From: an uncultured Aliarcobacter sp.
GTDB taxonomy: Bacteria; Campylobacterota; Campylobacteria; Campylobacterales; Arcobacteraceae
Length of the DNA: 64,000 nt
Assembly: GCA_963677435.1 (NCBI GenBank)
Contig: OY781945.1
Span: 2,560,001-2,624,000, forward strand
Direction of reading: 5' to 3'
In this document: one piece after another, positions 62,350-64,000 of the stretch
How the letters are laid out: each line of letters opens with the position of its first letter
Numbering within the stretch: position 1 is the first letter of the stretch
The notes under the pieces: model-generated
Databases searched by the model: none
What the model was told of the DNA's origin: nothing
The model's input: only the letters and a program-made list of their open reading frames with translations
Program-made: the position numbers and the translations under genes

Positions 62350-63546
62350 CTAACTATTTCCTTTAATTAAAATAGTTATATATTTACTTGACCATATACA
62401 TAAACCAACTATTAGAAAAATTGCTGTTAAATTTATCAAAAACATATAATCAAATCCAAAATTCAAACTAAATGAAGTAAATATTCTTAGCATCGTCAAC
62501 AGTTGAACAAATATAAATATAAAAGTGGCAAAGTTGCTTGCATGGATTATATTTCCTGAATGTCCTAAAATCACCCTAGTTCCAAAACCTACGAGTAAAG
62601 TTATAAAATATCCCAAAGCCAAAGTATGAATAACAACTTTTTCAAAAACAATATTTGGATCATAAGATGCCATAAAGCTCTCAATAATTGAGATTAATAA
62701 AGCTATTGGAATCCAATAAAGTCCAAGATATAAGACCCATACAATTGAGGGAACTTTAAAGATTGGAAGTTTCCATTTTATTAACTCTTTTGTGATTATT
62801 ATAAACAAAGGAACATCGGCAATTATATTTATTTTTACATTATCAAAAGATAGCAAGATGACTTTTAAAACTAAAAAACCAAATACTAAAACTAAAAGGT
62901 TTTCACTCTTGTTTATTTTATAAGTTGGGTCTTTTGCAGTTGTAAAAAAAGGAATCATTCTTTGTGAAATTGTAAAAACTATCATAAAAATAAATAGATA
63001 AAATCCACCATTTATAGCAAGTTTTGAAACTTCATAAGAGTAAAGAAAATCTAAATTTGAAATAATAAATAAACCATGAAAAATAAGGCCAGACAAAAAT
63101 GCAATTAAGATCCATTTTGTATCTTCTTTTATTTTAACAGCACTTTTTTTGTGAATTGTATATAATAAATTAAAACTTATAATTTGAGCAATTAACATCA
63201 AAATCTCAAAAATAAAAGTGATTTTAGAGTAAAAAATCAAAGTTAAAAGAATTCCAAAAGAAGCGATGAAATATAAGAAAAATTGTTTCATATAAACTTC
63301 TGTTTTTATTTCAGCTTGGGCTAAAAATCGAGGAAAAACAACAAATAAGAATCCCAAAAAGAATTGAATAAATATAACAAAAACCATACTATAAGAATGA
63401 TAAGTCAAAATTGAAGTATCTAAAAGCAAAATATTTGAATTTGATAAAACAAATAAAACCATAAAAAGTATGAAAAATAGAATCCCACTTGTAAAAAAGG
63501 GTTGGTGTGGTTGAGAAGAAAACTTTTTATACCAAAGTAACAACAT
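62350..63546 (-). CDS. nnrS: NnrS family protein
   Basis: QPHQPFF, H.YSM, GFL, RMIPFF, HTLALG, TRVILGHSG. Confidence 0.88.
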   Translation of the reverse strand: MLLLWYKKFSSQPHQPFFTSGILFFILFMVLFVLSNSNILLLDTSILTYHSYSMVFVIFIQFFLGFLFVVFPRFLAQAEIKTEVYMKQFFLYFIASFGILLTLIFYSKITFIFEILMLIAQIISFNLLYTIHKKSAVKIKEDTKWILIAFLSGLIFHGLFIISNLDFLYSYEVSKLAINGGFYLFIFMIVFTISQRMIPFFTTAKDPTYKINKSENLLVLVFGFLVLKVILLSFDNVKINIIADVPLFIIITKELIKWKLPIFKVPSIVWVLYLGLYWIPIALLISIIESFMASYDPNIVFEKVVIHTLALGYFITLLVGFGTRVILGHSGNIIHASNFATFIFIFVQLLTMLRIFTSFSLNFGFDYMFLINLTAIFLIVGLCIWSSKYITILIKGNS

Positions 63547-63597
63547 AAAATCTCCTAAATTTTTAAGAGATTTTATCTGTTATGAAAAATTAAAGCC

Positions 63598-63611
63598 TTG
63601 ATTGTAAACAA
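63598..63611. promoter_or_regulatory. Crp/Fnr-type box upstream of nnrS
   Basis: TTGAT-TGTA-AACAA (one mismatch to TTGAT-N4-ATCAA); -10 TAAAAT at 63575-63570 on the minus strand. Confidence 0.6.
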
Positions 63612-63621
63612 GTCAAATTAT

Positions 63622-64000
63622 TTACTTATTTAAATTATCGTAAGCTGTACAAGCTTCACTAAGATTCATATCACAAGCTTTTTTGAAAAGTTCAGATGCT
63701 TTTTGATTATTTCTTACATAATATTTTTCATCTAAATACATAATTCCTAAATTATAACAAGCTTTTGAAAATCCTAAACCACAAGATTTTTCATAAAGTA
63801 ATGCCGATCTTGCAAAGTTTCTTTCAACTCCATCTGCATTATTGTATCTAACAGCTAGGTTATAACAAGCTTTTGAGTGATTCAAATTACAAGCTTTTGT
63901 AAGATACTCTACTGTTTTAAAAGTATCTTTTTCAACTCCATCTGCAAGGGAATACATATTTGCAATATTATAACAAGAAGCTCCTAATCCAGCATCACAA
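63622..64000 (-). CDS. Sel1-repeat (Hcp-like) protein, 5' end outside the window
   Basis: Repeats of KAC.L...AC.NL...Y..G; frame continues to the window edge. Confidence 0.88.
   Translation of the reverse strand, partial: CDAGLGASCYNIANMYSLADGVEKDTFKTVEYLTKACNLNHSKACYNLAVRYNNADGVERNFARSALLYEKSCGLGFSKACYNLGIMYLDEKYYVRNNQKASELFKKACDMNLSEACTAYDNLNK

Overview
AT-rich chromosomal segment of a Campylobacterota bacterium, most likely Arcobacteraceae (judged from gene content and the lon-bamD and soxCDXYZAB-type synteny). Most of it is core or metabolic: a TetR-controlled RND efflux operon, selO, lon, bamD, proC, rdgB, valS, a complete Sox thiosulfate-oxidation cluster with accessory genes, a UvrD-like helicase, amtB-PII, msrPQ and nnrS. 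Accessory or unusual parts: (1) a SIR2-STAND(NB-ARC-like)-TPR putative anti-phage gene next to a ParE/RelE toxin-antitoxin pair; (2) a three-gene glycan-modification cassette bounded by a perfect 78-bp direct repeat, with no integrase; (3) a ~650-bp non-coding element downstream of valS made of inverted, diverged structured units, each with a hairpin whose 4-nt loop covaries with a nearby complement (pseudoknot signature); (4) a candidate ~115-nt sRNA; (5) several c-di-GMP modules (LapG/LapD, an orphan PotD-like protein with a Cache-HAMP-HD-GYP partner, and a degenerate HD-GYP). No rRNA, tRNA, CRISPR array or transposase was recognised. All assignments come from reading motifs by eye; no database searches were run.
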